A program made the position numbers and the translations under genes. Positions 1-13,825 of a DNA stretch of 64,000 bases are shown here, piece after piece (the first letter of the stretch is position 1; each line of letters opens with the position of its first letter). A model generated the notes under the pieces. The model was not told where the DNA came from. It saw only the letters and a program-made list of their open reading frames with translations, and ran no database searches. Origin of the DNA: Sphagnum compactum (taxonomy: Eukaryota); assembly GCA_965153455.1 (NCBI GenBank), contig OZ234494.1, positions 1,302,001-1,366,000 of the forward strand. Direction: 5' to 3'.

Positions 1-959
1 CATTTGACATATGCACATAATTCAAACCACATCTTTGCAATTGAAATATGTAACATATGTAAAAAAGTTTCGTTTTTTTTCCAACATGGTTTTTAACTTG
101 TTTGATTGTGATTTAACCTTGATAGATCCATCCAAGATTGACAATTTAAGTTGTTTTAATTATTATACATAATTTTTTAATTTTAAACCAATTAATTATA
201 AATTTCACATTATATATATCTTATTAACATATATGTTGGGGTTGTTAAATGTGGTCCATGACACGCATGCCACACATGAGTGAATGCAAGGCCAAATGTG
301 TAAAGTGTAAATTTTAATGTTCATAATTTACATATTTCAACATGTTACAACAATGAAGGTCAATGGCATAAAAAATGAAAAGCCCTAAGGCTCACCATTA
401 CATTGTAGAATTGGCTTTACTAGACTATTCTCTAATTCATTCCATTTAATAGGAGAAATCGTAGAGGCTTGCAAAGCATAACTAGTCCATTGGGCTCGAT
501 TTTTAATCCTTTCTTTTCTTGTGCCTCCATGATAGAATTATGGGACCTAGCATCCATCATTGAACCATCCATCAACAACCACAAGAAGAAATCCCCCAAA
601 AATTAACCAATGCATTTGCAACTATTTCACACCCTTGAAAATTTTGCAACTATACTATAATTACATTTGCAACTAATAACATTTTCATCCTACACTTTAT
701 GATTGTTTTCATCCATGATCATGCCCATATGTCACAATTTTAATTGCAAATAAAACAAACTTAATCACACCGTTAGGGTGTTAGCATAGCCCATAATGGG
801 GTGCAATCATAGTCAAATGAACTAATAATGACAAAGGACTCAACCACAAATGGGCCCTTTTTGAAACTTTTTGACTTTTTCATAAAAAAGATTTTTTTTG
901 CAATGTGTTCTTAAAAATATTGACAAGTCCAATAATAAATTACATTATTTGTGTTAATT

Positions 960-3350
960 TTTTTTGAATAAATATGAATTCTCTAAAAGTGTACAAATTT
1001 TGCCAGATTTTATGTTTCATTTTGAAAAATGATCATAATTTCAAATCATGCTAAAATATGATAACTATTTTAAGCTTTAGTTTTTTGTATCATAAGCCAA
1101 AACTTTGTTCATATGTCATACACATTATGGACCCATTTACATCTAGCAAATGATTTTAAAAATTAAAAAAATTTGAAATGATATTTTGAATTTCTCAAAA
1201 TTTCAAGTACCACAATTTTTAAATTATGAGTGCTTTTCATATGTGGATGATATGTTATTATCATTTCAAATTTTTTCCCATCAAAATTTCTTTATTGAAA
1301 GAGTCCTTAGCCTAGTGCTTTGTAAAACTGATTTTGGGGTGTTCAAGTTCAAAAGTCTTAAATATTAGAACCAAAACTCAATTTATTAAATTAAATGATT
1401 TTTTTTGAATTTTTCAACACTCATATAAAAATTTTAGCACATATTTCCTTGATCAACATGAAATTAAATTGGCATTAAATAAATATGTTTGAAAAAATTG
1501 ACGATTTTTTGATTGTTTGACATGGTTTTTGGTTCATTTGATTATGATTACACCCAATGGTATGCATAGGTGTATTAAATTTTTTAAAAAAAATGCACTC
1601 CTGCGAAGTTCTATTAAGGGTATATTGGCGGGTATATTTCCATTGGTGTATTTATAAAGTTGTGTTTAATTTATATTTAGGTAAATTAACTACCTACTTA
1701 CCAATATATGCTTGTTTACCTACCTATTTAACCTAGGTTACCTACACACCTAACATAGCTACCTACTTGTTAATTAATTGATAATCAACTAGTTACATTA
1801 ATTATTAATTAATTGATAACTAATAGTTAATATTCAATATTTATAATAAATAAATAATTATTAATTAATATTTTATTTATTTATTGATTATTTAAGAACC
1901 ATTAATGAGAATTTATAATTAATAAGTTAGTTAATTAATTATCTACTTAGTTATATCATATAGAATTTATAAAATGAAAACATAAGACAAAGGATATGAC
2001 AAAAAATTAGTTATAACCTAGTTTGTAACTAAGTTGCAATTTTAATTTTTATCCCATTTTGTCTTTTGCTTCCATTTTGATAACTATATAATGAGGACGC
2101 TTTGTCGTACATTTTCACATTAAAAAACACATGTCAATTGGGATGAGCCAATCAAAAGAATTTAACCCTAAGGTTAAACCTAAAAAAAATATTTACTCAC
2201 TTCCCTAGTTTATTTACCTACCTACCTATCCACATAATCCTATTTACGTACTTACCTAGTTCGACCTATCAACCTACTTAGTCCAGCTTACCCAACTAAA
2301 TATTGATTTTAATTCATTTTGATTGGAAAATTCAAAAAATGTCACATGACATATTTATATTAATATGTCATGTATCATAATCTAAAACCATCTAAAATAA
2401 ACAATGAAGATGCACTAGTTTAGAGAGGCTAGTCATAATACATTTAAGGTAAGGTTTCTCGCCATTTTTGCAAGAAGGCCTCATTATTTATGGTGCCCAA
2501 AAAGTAGAGGAGGGTGCAAATGGGATAACACAAGCTACACCCACTTTTTGAGCTTTTGGAAAAATATTTTAAGAACATTCTTGGAATATTAAAAAAAAGC
2601 CTTCAAAAAAAGATTTAAAATTTTTAAAAAAATTCATACTATTTGGCAGAAAATGTCATTTTCAAAAAAAATTGAAATCCATTTACAAGTTTTTTCACTT
2701 CTTAAAAGCAAGCGTTACACTGCTTAATGAGTGCCTTTGTTTATTTTTATTCATTGGATTAATTTCAAATAATTCACATGATATATTAAAAATACAATTA
2801 TATAAACAAATCTTATAATTTCAACATCAAATTAAATTACGACTTTAAAACATGAAAAATCAAGCAAACATTACATTTGCTATGGTACGTGTTATTGTGA
2901 TTGCACCCATGGAGCCTTTTTTTTTGCGCATCTATTGCACAAAAAATCAACGAAAGTGAACTAAAGGCGGGTCAAAATGAGATCAAAGGAGCCACAAATG
3001 TTATTTTACATTAATCCTACATGTCTTTTTTCCCCAAAATAATTTTTTTGTACGAATGAATTTTTGAATGGTTTTTTTTGCAACTTATTATGAAAAATGA
3101 TTAAAATTTCCCTCTTAAGTCAAAAAAAATTTCTAATCATTTTCGAATAAATATGAATTTGTAAACATGTATAGATTCTTTGCAGATGTTATGTTTCATC
3201 TTGAAAAATGATGATAATTTGAAATCATACAAAAAATGTTAATTTTTTAAAATTTTAATTTAATATAATATAAACTACAATTTTTTTATAATACATCATG
3301 TATATTATACCTGGTAAAACTTTTTTGAAGTTGTGAAATTGTGAATTTAA
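960..3350 (+). repeat. AT-rich repeat complex; segments ~965-1130 and ~3143-3310 are diverged direct copies
   Basis: gaataaatatgaatt...aga.(t/g)ttatgtttcat.ttgaaaaatgat.ataattt.aaatcat occurs at both positions. Probably non-autonomous TE debris. Confidence 0.6.
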
Positions 3351-4500
3351 AATGTGTATATACTTTGAATTTCAATGTTTCAGAATTCCACATTTTATGA
3401 CAGAATAACATTCGACACCCTTTGTGACTCCTTGGATTGTTTTTTGACCCAGGCGAGAAAGTTATGGCCCTTCAAAGTAGGGAGGGGTCATTTTTATAAA
3501 AAATTCTTGATTGAACAGCTCATAGCCTATTTTCGAACCCTTCAAAAAATCTTTAAATATTATTTTGTTGCATTTAGAGTTAAAAGATGATTTGTAGATA
3601 TTAAGATGGTAATTTTAGAGCAGTTGGAATGGTTCAATTTGAACAAAAAATGAGAAAGTAATGCATTGATGAAGAAAAATGAAAAAAATCGCGTTTTGGA
3701 ATTCAAAAAAATGTATTTTTTTGTTGTTTTTTTTAGCTACTTCATTGGATTTGCATTTCAAAGATGATTTATAAAGCTTGAAAAGGCACTCATATAACAC
3801 TTTAAATCACTCAAAATGGAGAAGAATTGAAAAAGGGGTGCAAATTTTTTTAAGGTGTTTCAAAATCTTGTCACACTGTCACCTTTTTTTGTCTTTTTTA
3901 CCTAGTTCTTTTTTACTATGTAAATTACACATTTATGGATGATTATGATGGAATCTTATGTGATACACCTTAAGGATTTTCACCCATGGATAAAAATATA
4001 GGGTGAAAAAATACTGCAGTAAGGACTAGGCCTTTTTTCGTCTTGTGTGGTACAACTTAAAAGATTTTCACCCAAAGATTTGTCGAAATGTTCCATGATA
4101 GGCTAGTGTTTGATGATTGGACCAATTTACCCTATCTATTTTTAAACAAAATTATGTAATTAATTGTTTTTTTGCCACACGTCATAATTTAACTTGCTGA
4201 TTTTTATGATAATATATTAATGGCATACAACAATATACATATGATGAAATATTTGTTAACCATTGACTTCATTCACACTTATAACTAATGTTTTATGCAA
4301 CTTGTCTAATACAATTAAACAATTTTTAATAATCTTTTATAACTAAAATATAGTAACAAATGACAGTTATTGTTTTTTCCAGTTCCCCTCTATTGAACCC
4401 ATTAGAACTCAGTTATGGATGAAACATTTGACTGAGGTACCAAGGTTCCAGCCTATCCAGTAAACTGTCCTACTTCCGCCTAGTGCACTGCCAAGGTTAC

Positions 4501-5153
4501 TATCTATGTAAGTGGGTAGTTATCAAAGGTCAACTTAGCCAGGGAATGTCAGTGGAGCTAGTCTGTAGCTAGGAAAGTAGGTAAGGCACTTGGTGGGTAT
4601 TAAGTAGGTGGATGGATGTAGTTAGCCTGGACATGGCTAATTACCACCCTCGTTAGCTATGGGACAGGAATTTGCAATGAAAAAGTGTTTCCTATCCACA
4701 TACTATCATCCATCCCGCATGGTGAGCTTGTGGGTGGTGGTCCACTCTAGGGGTAGAATTAATCATGTGAGCCAAAACCCACCAGTGCACCATCCTGAAT
4801 ACAACTCAGTTGTGGTTCACCCTTGCTTGGTAGCTTATTGTGTGATTAAAATCCTCACACTACCTCACACTAGATAGACTAAGGTTAGTCATAAATACAA
4901 TATATGTAAGTGGGTAAGTATCAAAAGATGACTAGCTAGGCAGAGAATGTAAGTGGTTACCATGTAGGTAGGAGGAGGGCACTTGGTGCTCACTGGGTAG
5001 CTGGATGCACTGTGGATAGTTCTAGTCTATTGCCAACCATTGTGGTTAAAGCTCTGGGATGCCAGGACTTTGAGCAAATGAACAAAAGAAGGTGTTAAAT
5101 CCTGTAAACAGTCCATCCTGCATGGTGTGGCTAATGGGTTCGTTTTCACTCTA
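4501..5153 (+). repeat. Two diverged direct copies of a ~250 bp sequence (4501-4750 and 4901-5153)
   Basis: tatgtaagtgggta..tatcaaa ... gaatgt ... ggcacttggtg ... tccatcc.gcatggtg ... cactcta shared in the same order. Confidence 0.65.
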
Positions 5154-8100
5154 TTCTGGGGTTTGTTTTTCTTTTCTTACAAGAAATCCCCCCCTTCCTA
5201 ACAGGTGCCAATTTTGAGTACCCTATGTGGCCTAGGCTAGAACTTGCAGGTCATTCCAACCTTGAGAGGTCTGGTTGTGTTACCTTTTCCCTGAGCTACC
5301 TATTCCAGAGGCCATGGATGTGGCCCCAATCTGAAGCTCTGGCCCCAATAACAAGTTACTTTGGTGGCACACCTCCAGAGGCTGCACACACGCCCCTATC
5401 CCTCTTCCTTCTCCCATGCATCCATTGCCTGCACCCGTTCCCATCCACACAGCCAGACAGAGCTGCCTTCTTCCAAGCTTCTCAACACACAGTGGAAAGC
5501 AGCCAACATCACAGCCAGCTTTGGGACACACACATCCACAACAAAAGATCCAACTGCTTTGAACTCGGACCTTCCGTGATCTTCTGCTGGTGGCCATCTT
5601 GTGTCTCATCAATTCTCGTCAAATCTCTTCAGACCAGAGACTAATGTTGTAAGTACTGCATGAAAGTTGAAGCTGGGTGGAAACTCCAGCACTCAACCTG
5701 CCGTAGTAATTTGGAAGATTCTCTGAAGGCAGCAGCTGGGATGATCATAAAAAAAAATTTAGGGGTACTGAATAGTAAGTCTATTGGCATTTTGCTCAAG
5801 TGATCAATATGAAGATCTGATCAAAACTACTCCATATAGTAGAGTTAGGTTTGTAGCTTGGATGGCTGCCTTCATGTACAATGCTTGGGTATATCTGGTA
5901 AAGTACTGGGGGTCTTTGGTACTGAACTACCATAATATTAAGTCATCAGCAATAGAACTGAATTGGCAAGTTTAGTAAGTTGCATACTTAAGTACTGCAG
6001 GATTAACTCTAGATGACTTAATCAACTCAAGGCAGATGATCATGGGTAACTTGCAGAACTTCAATCAAATTATAAGTCCCAGCAACAGATGAATACTACA
6101 CTCTAAAAAATTATGTAAGTTACTGTAAGATACCAAGAGATGTGCAGAGCTTTCCCAGACTTCATTTGAAACTGATCAAAACCTAATTTGAACAATAAAT
6201 TAACTATGCAACATTTTGGAGAGAGATAATTCTGAGCTGGAGTTACCTACAGGGTGTTCGAAATTCTTGTACCTACCACTACCACCTTGTCTCTGATCAC
6301 TTTGCTTTCCTGGACAAAACAATTTACCCACAAGAAAGTACATTTTATTTTTTGCACGTCAATCTACATATATAATATATTCTACATGCATGATGAAACA
6401 GGGTGTATAAGTTACCATGCTTAGATGGCTTTATTTACTAGTTTTATCATCATTTCAAAGAGGTTTTGCTCAACCTTGAATTTGCAGAAGTATATATCTC
6501 TACAACCCATGATCTTCTCATTTGTTCTTGCAACAACTTTGGGTGATTGCAATTTAGTTGTAAAGCCACTGAATTTGAGTATTCATGAAGCACAGGATTT
6601 TGCTTAAAAGTCAGTTAAAATATTTGGTATGTATTTCATTTAAGAAAAACTCTTGCATGATTATCCAGGCCCAGTGTCAGTGAGATATGAGCAGCAGCTG
6701 TAGTGCAAGTGTGATCTCTTTACCTTGGCCTTGAGCCTTTGGACATTAATAACTAATTGCTCATGGTTAGTGGTTACCTGCACGTGTGTATGCATAAACA
6801 AGTTGGAGATCAATTTTCTTCCAAATTATTCAATACAAAACTAAAAAAGTCTACCACAATTTTGCCCAAGCTCCTACATGTACATAATACTAGTTATGTG
6901 GAGGAACTTGGGGCAAAATATCGACAGTATATTGAGTTATATAAGTTATTTATAATGGATCCCCTTATTTATGCAATTATTTGTTTATGAAGTTGAGTTA
7001 AATGCTACCTTAATTTACTCAATATATTGTTGACCCTGATATTTTTGTACAATTTTAACTAATCTAAAATGCAGGTGGCAAGTCATGAGAGCGGCCAAAT
7101 GGATGTGAATTGTCTATGAAAACAATAGATGGACATCCAACATTGATAATTTAAACCTAGTTTAATAAATCTGGCCCCATAGTTTTATACTTTGAAACTA
7201 TCTGGGTTTTATTATCATTGAATTCCAGCTATCATGCCCAGGCAAGCTTCACAGAGTCCACAAGACAAGATTATTAGATATGTATTAAAACTACTTAGAC
7301 ATTCCCTGGTCCTATTATCTAGCTCCCAGCTTTGGAAGTGGTCTCAAGGTCTTTCACCACCTTGAATTAGGACATGACATATTAAGTATATACTATTTAG
7401 GAGATGCAAATTTTTTGATGTCACATCAGTGTATTTAATAATAAACCAAATTTTTAGTTTGTGGTGGGTATAGAAAGCCATGTTCACTTCAATGCGGCAA
7501 GTTGGGCAACTCAGGTGTTACATCCTTAAAATTTATTGGGACCCACGTGTTCACACAAATGTAAAATATTTTGGAAAGTTGAAGTGCACTTGGAAATATT
7601 TCCCTATTACATATAGAGAGATCTAATTATATTATCTGAAGGTCCCTAATTATAATGTAACCCCAACAACTTATTAGATATGAAAAGACATCACTATCAA
7701 ACAATTGGGGATGCCATCATGGGATAGTGGCTACCATAATTGCTGTAATTATGATTTGGACTGTAGGGAAGGGTCTTCCTTAAACGCCAAGGAGAGCCCA
7801 GGCCCCAACCCTAAACCGAAAAACAATCTCATTTGCAACAACCCTTTTGTCATGTCTTTCCTTTTTGTGACCCAACCACTCAATAGGAATTGAAGGGCAA
7901 ATAATACAAAAGAGACGATCTATAGCAAAATTATCACAGTTTCAACAAGTTGCACAGTACAAACGTGTTAACCATAATCCGTTAACGAAAGACTTTGTGC
8001 AAGCCTAATATGGATAGGAGATTAGAGAGTTTCATTTGCCACAAACGTTAGGTTCTTAAACTACGAATTTGAAATATTCACTATTATGAAATGATTTAAT

Positions 8101-9959
8101 TATCTTGATGATAATGTGTTTAACATCATCCCTCAAATAACATTGAAAAGAAATTCAATAGTTAAAATCCACTCAGACAATATATAATTTAGTATAACTA
8201 AGTGGATGGATATATTATTAAGAAATCTATCATCCATATTAAATTATATACATATCATATTCTCATAAAACCCAAGTGTGATTAGTATAGGTTGGAGGTA
8301 CAATTAAGCAACGCCATCAATATTTAATCATAATTTCATCCCATCATATTCTCACCAGCACCTTGAGATTAGTACGTGTGGATGTATGGTTGTTACGCAA
8401 CATCAGCCATATTTAAACTACACATAACACCCCATTATGTATTCCCACCAACATCCAAGTAGTGATTAGTACATATAAACACCTTGAAGCTGCCGCAGTT
8501 ATTGAACTAGGGTAATTCATGGAGCGAAAGCTTTAACCCTGTCAACAACACCGCCCATTTGATCCATAGGTCCCACTGTTCAGCTGGGCGTACTTGCTTG
8601 TAGATTGAAAAAATAAAATAAAATCACAAGTGCATTTGTTATGGACAAAACATGCTATCATGACTTAGACAGCTTCTATGAATTAGTTCAATTTGTCTAC
8701 AACTCTTAATAATCCGTCCTGTACTACTACGACTACTAGACTACTACATTTACATTTACGTCGTCCTCCAGGTCCATTGTGAATGAGTGAAGGTTGCGAG
8801 CATCGCACGCAAGCCCAGGCCTGATTGTAAGTCGCTATTCCAACTTTTGGAAAACCTTGCATGCAAGCCCAGGCCCTAGGTGTCATCACTATTCAACCTT
8901 TGGAAAAAAACCTGGCCCCAGCAGATGTCTCTCTCTGGGTACGCACCAAATTGAAGCTATTCAGTGGTTGCCTCCATCCATTTGAAAACGGGGAGAATAT
9001 GTATTCTGAGGAAGTGCTAAATTGGGCTGGTGTGACCCAGCACCCATGAAGGCACCATTCCAGCTTTCCCATTTTGAGGCGATCTAGTTGGATGAACCCA
9101 CAATTTTACAACCCTTGGCACTCTTTTAGAACCCCTAGTTATGGAAGCCTCTAGTTATGGAAACCTCGTTAGCTAGCTAAGGAACAAGAACCCAATGAAA
9201 AAGAAAAAGTGTACTGTCCATCCAACATCCATCCATGGTGCTGCGTTAGTTAGTGGGTGCTGGTTCACTATGGCCGCTAAATTGCCAGTCAGTGGCAGTT
9301 GATCGACTATTCCATCCATCCAAGCAAACGCCAAATTGGAAGCAGTCAATAATCATCATCCATCCATCCATTTATCCATCCATTTGGAACCCGGTAGCTG
9401 CTCTGCAGTCCAGGCAAGGGCCGAATTTGGAACAAGTCAATGGCCCATCCTTGTAGAACAGGAACGGGTCGAATTAAAGCCAAGCCACCAGGGCAAACGG
9501 AACCAGTTGGTGGCTGGCCGCTGGGTTCGTGGATTTGTTTGGGCGGTGTGAATGAGGGTAAATTACAACGATGGATGGCAGCTAAACGCACTAACTACCA
9601 CCATGTGAGTACCCGGCGGGTCAGTGGTCACTATCGGCCCCCTTTTAAAAAGCCGGCCGGGGGATGATCATTTCCCGGTGATCCCGGGTTGGTCAGTAGT
9701 CGCCATCCGTTGGAAACCTAGAGCCAGCTGGGGTCCGGAATGGATGGATGGATGGATGGATGGATTGGATTGGATTGGATTGGATGTCCGGGCAAGCGCC
9801 TAGCGAAGGAAGGTAGACACAAGGCAGCAGGCCGGTCTCGAGAAGCTTTAAGAACTTTCCAACAGGTGCGGTGCGGGTTGTTCTATTGGTTGCAGTGCGC
9901 TTAGTACAGTACGTGTATGGAACGACCACAGAGGAGGGAGGGAGGGAGGGAGGGAGCGA

Positions 9960-11093
9960 GTAATTAGAGAGGTCGTTTAAGCAAGCTCACTTTCTCTATC
10001 GCCTGCTCTGCAACAGATGATCTCCAAGTGCCTAATCACGATATTAAGCTTTGTAAGTTGTTTTTTTTTTTCCTCGGCATTTCATGCAAACAAGCGACGT
10101 CTGTGATTTTTTTTGGGGTGTCGTCTCATATGTATGAGCACTGATCACGTTGTTCTCTGTATTTTTTGTTGTTTGTTGTTGTTGTTGTTGTTGTAACTCC
10201 GGAGCTGTGCATAGTTTTTTTTGTGACTTCTTCTCATATACATGTATGAGCACTGACCATGTTGTTCCATGTATTGTTTCCTCTTGTTGTAACTGCGGCG
10301 GCAGAGTCGACGAGTTTTGTACTTACAGTAAGCCTTTGAGCAGTTAACAGTTTATGTCCTGTGGTTGCAGCTCCAGGCAGACTGCGTAGGCATAGCGCGC
10401 AGGGGAGCTCTGGAGGGCCGTGGGTTGCATTCAATTTGTGCTCTCTGAGATCTCATGCGCCGCACGCAAGCAGAAATACATTGGTATATGAGTATTGTCA
10501 ATCAACGTATTCCTCTTGTTGATGTTATTCATGTCTTTTGGACTTGTAATTAGCTTTCGAGCAGATGTCTTTTGGTCTTGTAATCTTTCGAGCAGTGAAA
10601 ACCTGATTAATCAATCTGGTTGCAACTGCAGGAAGAGTTTAGGACACGCGGGAGTGAGTAATACTAGGGACGACGGGCATTTTGGGTTGCAGTCATGCTC
10701 TAGCCTTTTACAAGCCAGCAGCGAGAAGATTGCAAGAGTAGCCGAAGTCGAGCTTCCTCAAGTCATATTCGTCAGCCGCCTAGGACTGACCGTTGCGAAG
10801 TAATCTCAGATCTCTTCAGGTATGGGGTAGTAGGTAGTTAGTCTCATGCTGCACGTCCGGCAGGTGTGCCAGAGCGTATAATTAGTGTTTGCAGGAGTAG
10901 TAGCAGCAGCAGCATATCGATGATGGAGAACAAATCGCTCAAAAGTGTTCAAAGCAGCCGCGGCGATGCAGGGCCTTCGCAATCGGCCTCCACTTCTTCT
11001 TCGCGACGACCAGGAGTAAGACTTTCTGCCATGCATGCTGCTGAACTGATCTGCCTTGTGGATGATGTGCTGATGATGAGATATGTAAACTAG
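9960..11093 (+). other. Spliced transcription unit of unknown function. Exons ~9960-10052, 10371-10483, 10632-10819, 10895-11015+; holds a spliced 66-aa ORF (10455-10483 + 10632-10803) and a downstream ORF from 10920 (MMENKSLKSVQSSRGDAGPSQSASTSSSRRPG)
   Basis: GC-rich island after (GAGG)n. Alternating donors (tt|gtaagt 10053, tg|gtatat 10484, cag|gtatgg 10820, gga|gtaaga 11016) and acceptors (ttgcag 10370, ctgcag 10631, ttgcag 10894) with T-rich introns. No recognisable protein domain. Confidence 0.5.
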
Positions 11094-11100
11094 TCACGTT

Positions 11101-11611
11101 TCATGTCTCTCTGAAATCTGTACTCCGAATGGTGTTGTGTTTGATCATTTTCCACAATAATTTTTGGTTCTTGGCATGTTTGCAATCTATGGAATAAAAC
11201 ATTCCTTTTTTCACATTAATCCCAATATTCTTGTCAACTTCCTTGCAACTTGGATGTTGAAAAGAAAAGTCCCAATTAGGAGTAATCAACTTATCTTTCC
11301 TTTTCATCTCATTACAAATTATCATGTATTTGACAAAGTGCAAGTTTCCATTTGACCTTACAAACAATTGTGCCCATGGAAGTTTTGTAACCCAATAGGA
11401 TTGTTTTGGTGACATGATCGTAGTTATGTTTTTTGATTGATGGTTTGGATTGGATAGTGGATAGAATGGATTTAGGAAAGGGATCACTCATAACATTTTC
11501 ATAGTCTACAAGAGCAAAAGTGTGTGAAGAAAATAAAGGACCTGAAGATGGCATAGGATCACAAGATGAATATGTAACAATTTGATGAGGAATTATAAAA
11601 GGCCCACCCAC
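11101..11611 (-). pseudogene. Fragment of a hAT (ZNF862-like) transposase N-terminal zinc-finger region
   Basis: WVTKLPWAQLF...VKYMIICNE...KDKLITPNWD...QH...CKHAKN resembles the W-x3-PW / C-x2-C / H zinc-finger N-terminus of ZNF862-type transposases. It is degenerate and sits in AT-rich DNA. Confidence 0.6.
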
Positions 11612-13034
11612 AAATGGGTTCCTACTAAAATAGAAGTACTTGAATTTTTAAGACTCAAGGAGTTGTTAAAGCATTGTGAAAGACAATAAATACACTAAAG
11701 AAAACATATTCATAGCAGGAGATTGTATTTAGGAAACTAGAAACTTCACATGACACATGAACTTTGAAATGTCTAATCTATAACAAGTCAATTGTGCACA
11801 TTTGTTTTATACATGAGAGGTCAAGAAGGACAAATGAAGGAGGTTGCATACTCAATTCCCACATCACATATGAACAATTTTAGGAAAAAAACATTGTACC
11901 ATCATTTTAATAATCAAATTGATTAATTATTCCAAAATTATTATATCAAAACACCATATGACTTAATATTTAGTAAACCAAGCCAAAAAAAAGAAAAAAA
12001 AAGGTGTGATATTTTTTATCAAATTTTCAAGGATGTAAAGGTAAAGCATTGAAGAATCAAATTACCCTCAATTAGTTAATTAGAGGTTTTTTTTCTTTTT
12101 TCTTTTGTGATTTTCATATTTCTTCAATTATAGGTTTATCAGTAAGAAAATCATAATAGGAAAGTTCCATGTGTAAATTTAATTTTCTATTAAAAATGAA
12201 CTCTAACCAAAACAATATGGTTCATTTTGACTTGGTATGCAAAGGAACATGTAGATATTGCAAAAAAATTGATTGTCAAATTTCCAAAATGTTTAAGCAA
12301 AAACTATAGGGAAAATTAACGTTTTTTCCATGGAAATTCCATCGACAACTAAATAATATAACAAGTAAATTTTGTTGATGTCCATAACATTACTTGTTTC
12401 TTGAAATACACAAAATATTAATATGTAATGATCAAAGGGTACATGACCCGTCAAAATGGGATATGTGAGTTCAAAAAGGAAGTAATGATTTTAAGTATTC
12501 AAATACCCAAAGAGATCCAATGTATTTATTATTTAATGGCATTAGTGGCTCTCTCTTTTTCAAAGAAATAACTAGCAAGTAAAGGTTGGATATAAGGTAA
12601 GTGGCCTTGTTTCAACTTTAGGGCAACCTATCATGCTATTTAGTAATTTATAATTAATTAAAAGTAATAATAATGTGAGTCCACTTGGATTGAATTTTGA
12701 AATAGTTTTTAGAAGAAAAATGAAAGCATGAGAAGTTAAACCTTGTTCATGATGTTCATTGAAGAGCTTTGAAGCTCTCCCATTAGCAAAAGCGAGTACT
12801 TATTTGCAAAGCCTAATATATTTAATTCTTGTTTGTAATGGATGTTGAAACTTCAAGGCATGCTTGTGTTTCATTGCAATGTAGAGGACGATGGTCTCAA
12901 GTTGTAAGCATTGTTCATTATGTGATGGATTTGTTCAAATTGAAGTGGTCAAAATTTGTTGAGGAATATCATTGCATTTTAATGCAACAAAATCCCAAGA
13001 ACATCCAACATTATTTACTTAGATATCCAACAAA

Positions 13035-13600
13035 TTTCAACAAAAGGCATCATGTAAACAATTGCCTTTTGTCTTAAGTTTTTTGTCTTTTTTAAATCTT
13101 CAAACAATCAAACAGTTGAAGCTTTCCTTGCATGTATAGTCATAGGTTTAAGATGTTTGAACCAATTTCGATGTTGTGCAATTCCAAATAAGAATTTTTT
13201 AGTATCATTCTTTTTATCTTATGCATTCTAAAAAACAATCAAAATTTGATGATGTGCTTGTGGAACGATACTTTATGTATATGTCAAATTTAAGGTTTAG
13301 CCGTTGATTTTCCACAAAAGGCATGAGGTAAGCAACGACCCTTTGTTTCGAATTTATTATCCTTTTAAACAATCGTCAATGATAAAATGATTGAAGCTTT
13401 CATTGTGGGTATGTAGTTATAGGTTGGGTTGTGTTAAACTAATTTCTATTGTTGGGTAGTTCGAGAGAGAGGTGTTATGTGATTATAGAGAAGAAAAGTT
13501 TTGATATGGTTTTTTTTGCTTTTTTCTTTTGTGCATTCTAAAAAGCAATTAGAAATTGATAACATGCCCATGAAACAATATTTTTTGTGTATAGTAAGTT
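13035..13600. repeat. Diverged tandem duplication (~280 bp unit)
   Basis: caaaaggcat...ttgaagcttt...ataggtt...tgcattctaaaaa.caat occurs colinearly twice. Confidence 0.7.
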
Positions 13601-13825
13601 GTTGCTATCTATTATTTGTAATGATTTTTAGACTCAAAATATGTGGATCACAATACAAATCAAGAAGGTAGAATGCTCCCTACAATGATGATATTTCTCT
13701 TATGTGTTGTTTTTTGATTCTTTGTAGCATCCATCACATTTGCATAAATTTTTCATGATTTGTTAATCTTTTGTGACAAGGTAATTTTTTTTTTGTGTGA
13801 TTGATATTTGCATAAATACACCTTC

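Noticed and set aside
5276-5298. Partial miR390/TAS3-like site (ccctgagcta)
   Set aside because: Only ~8 nt match, with no second site or tasiARF sequence seen.
9215-9790. Potential long hairpin between (CATC)n and (GATG)n tracts
   Set aside because: Complementarity is limited to opposing microsatellites; no continuous stem or known miRNA recognised.
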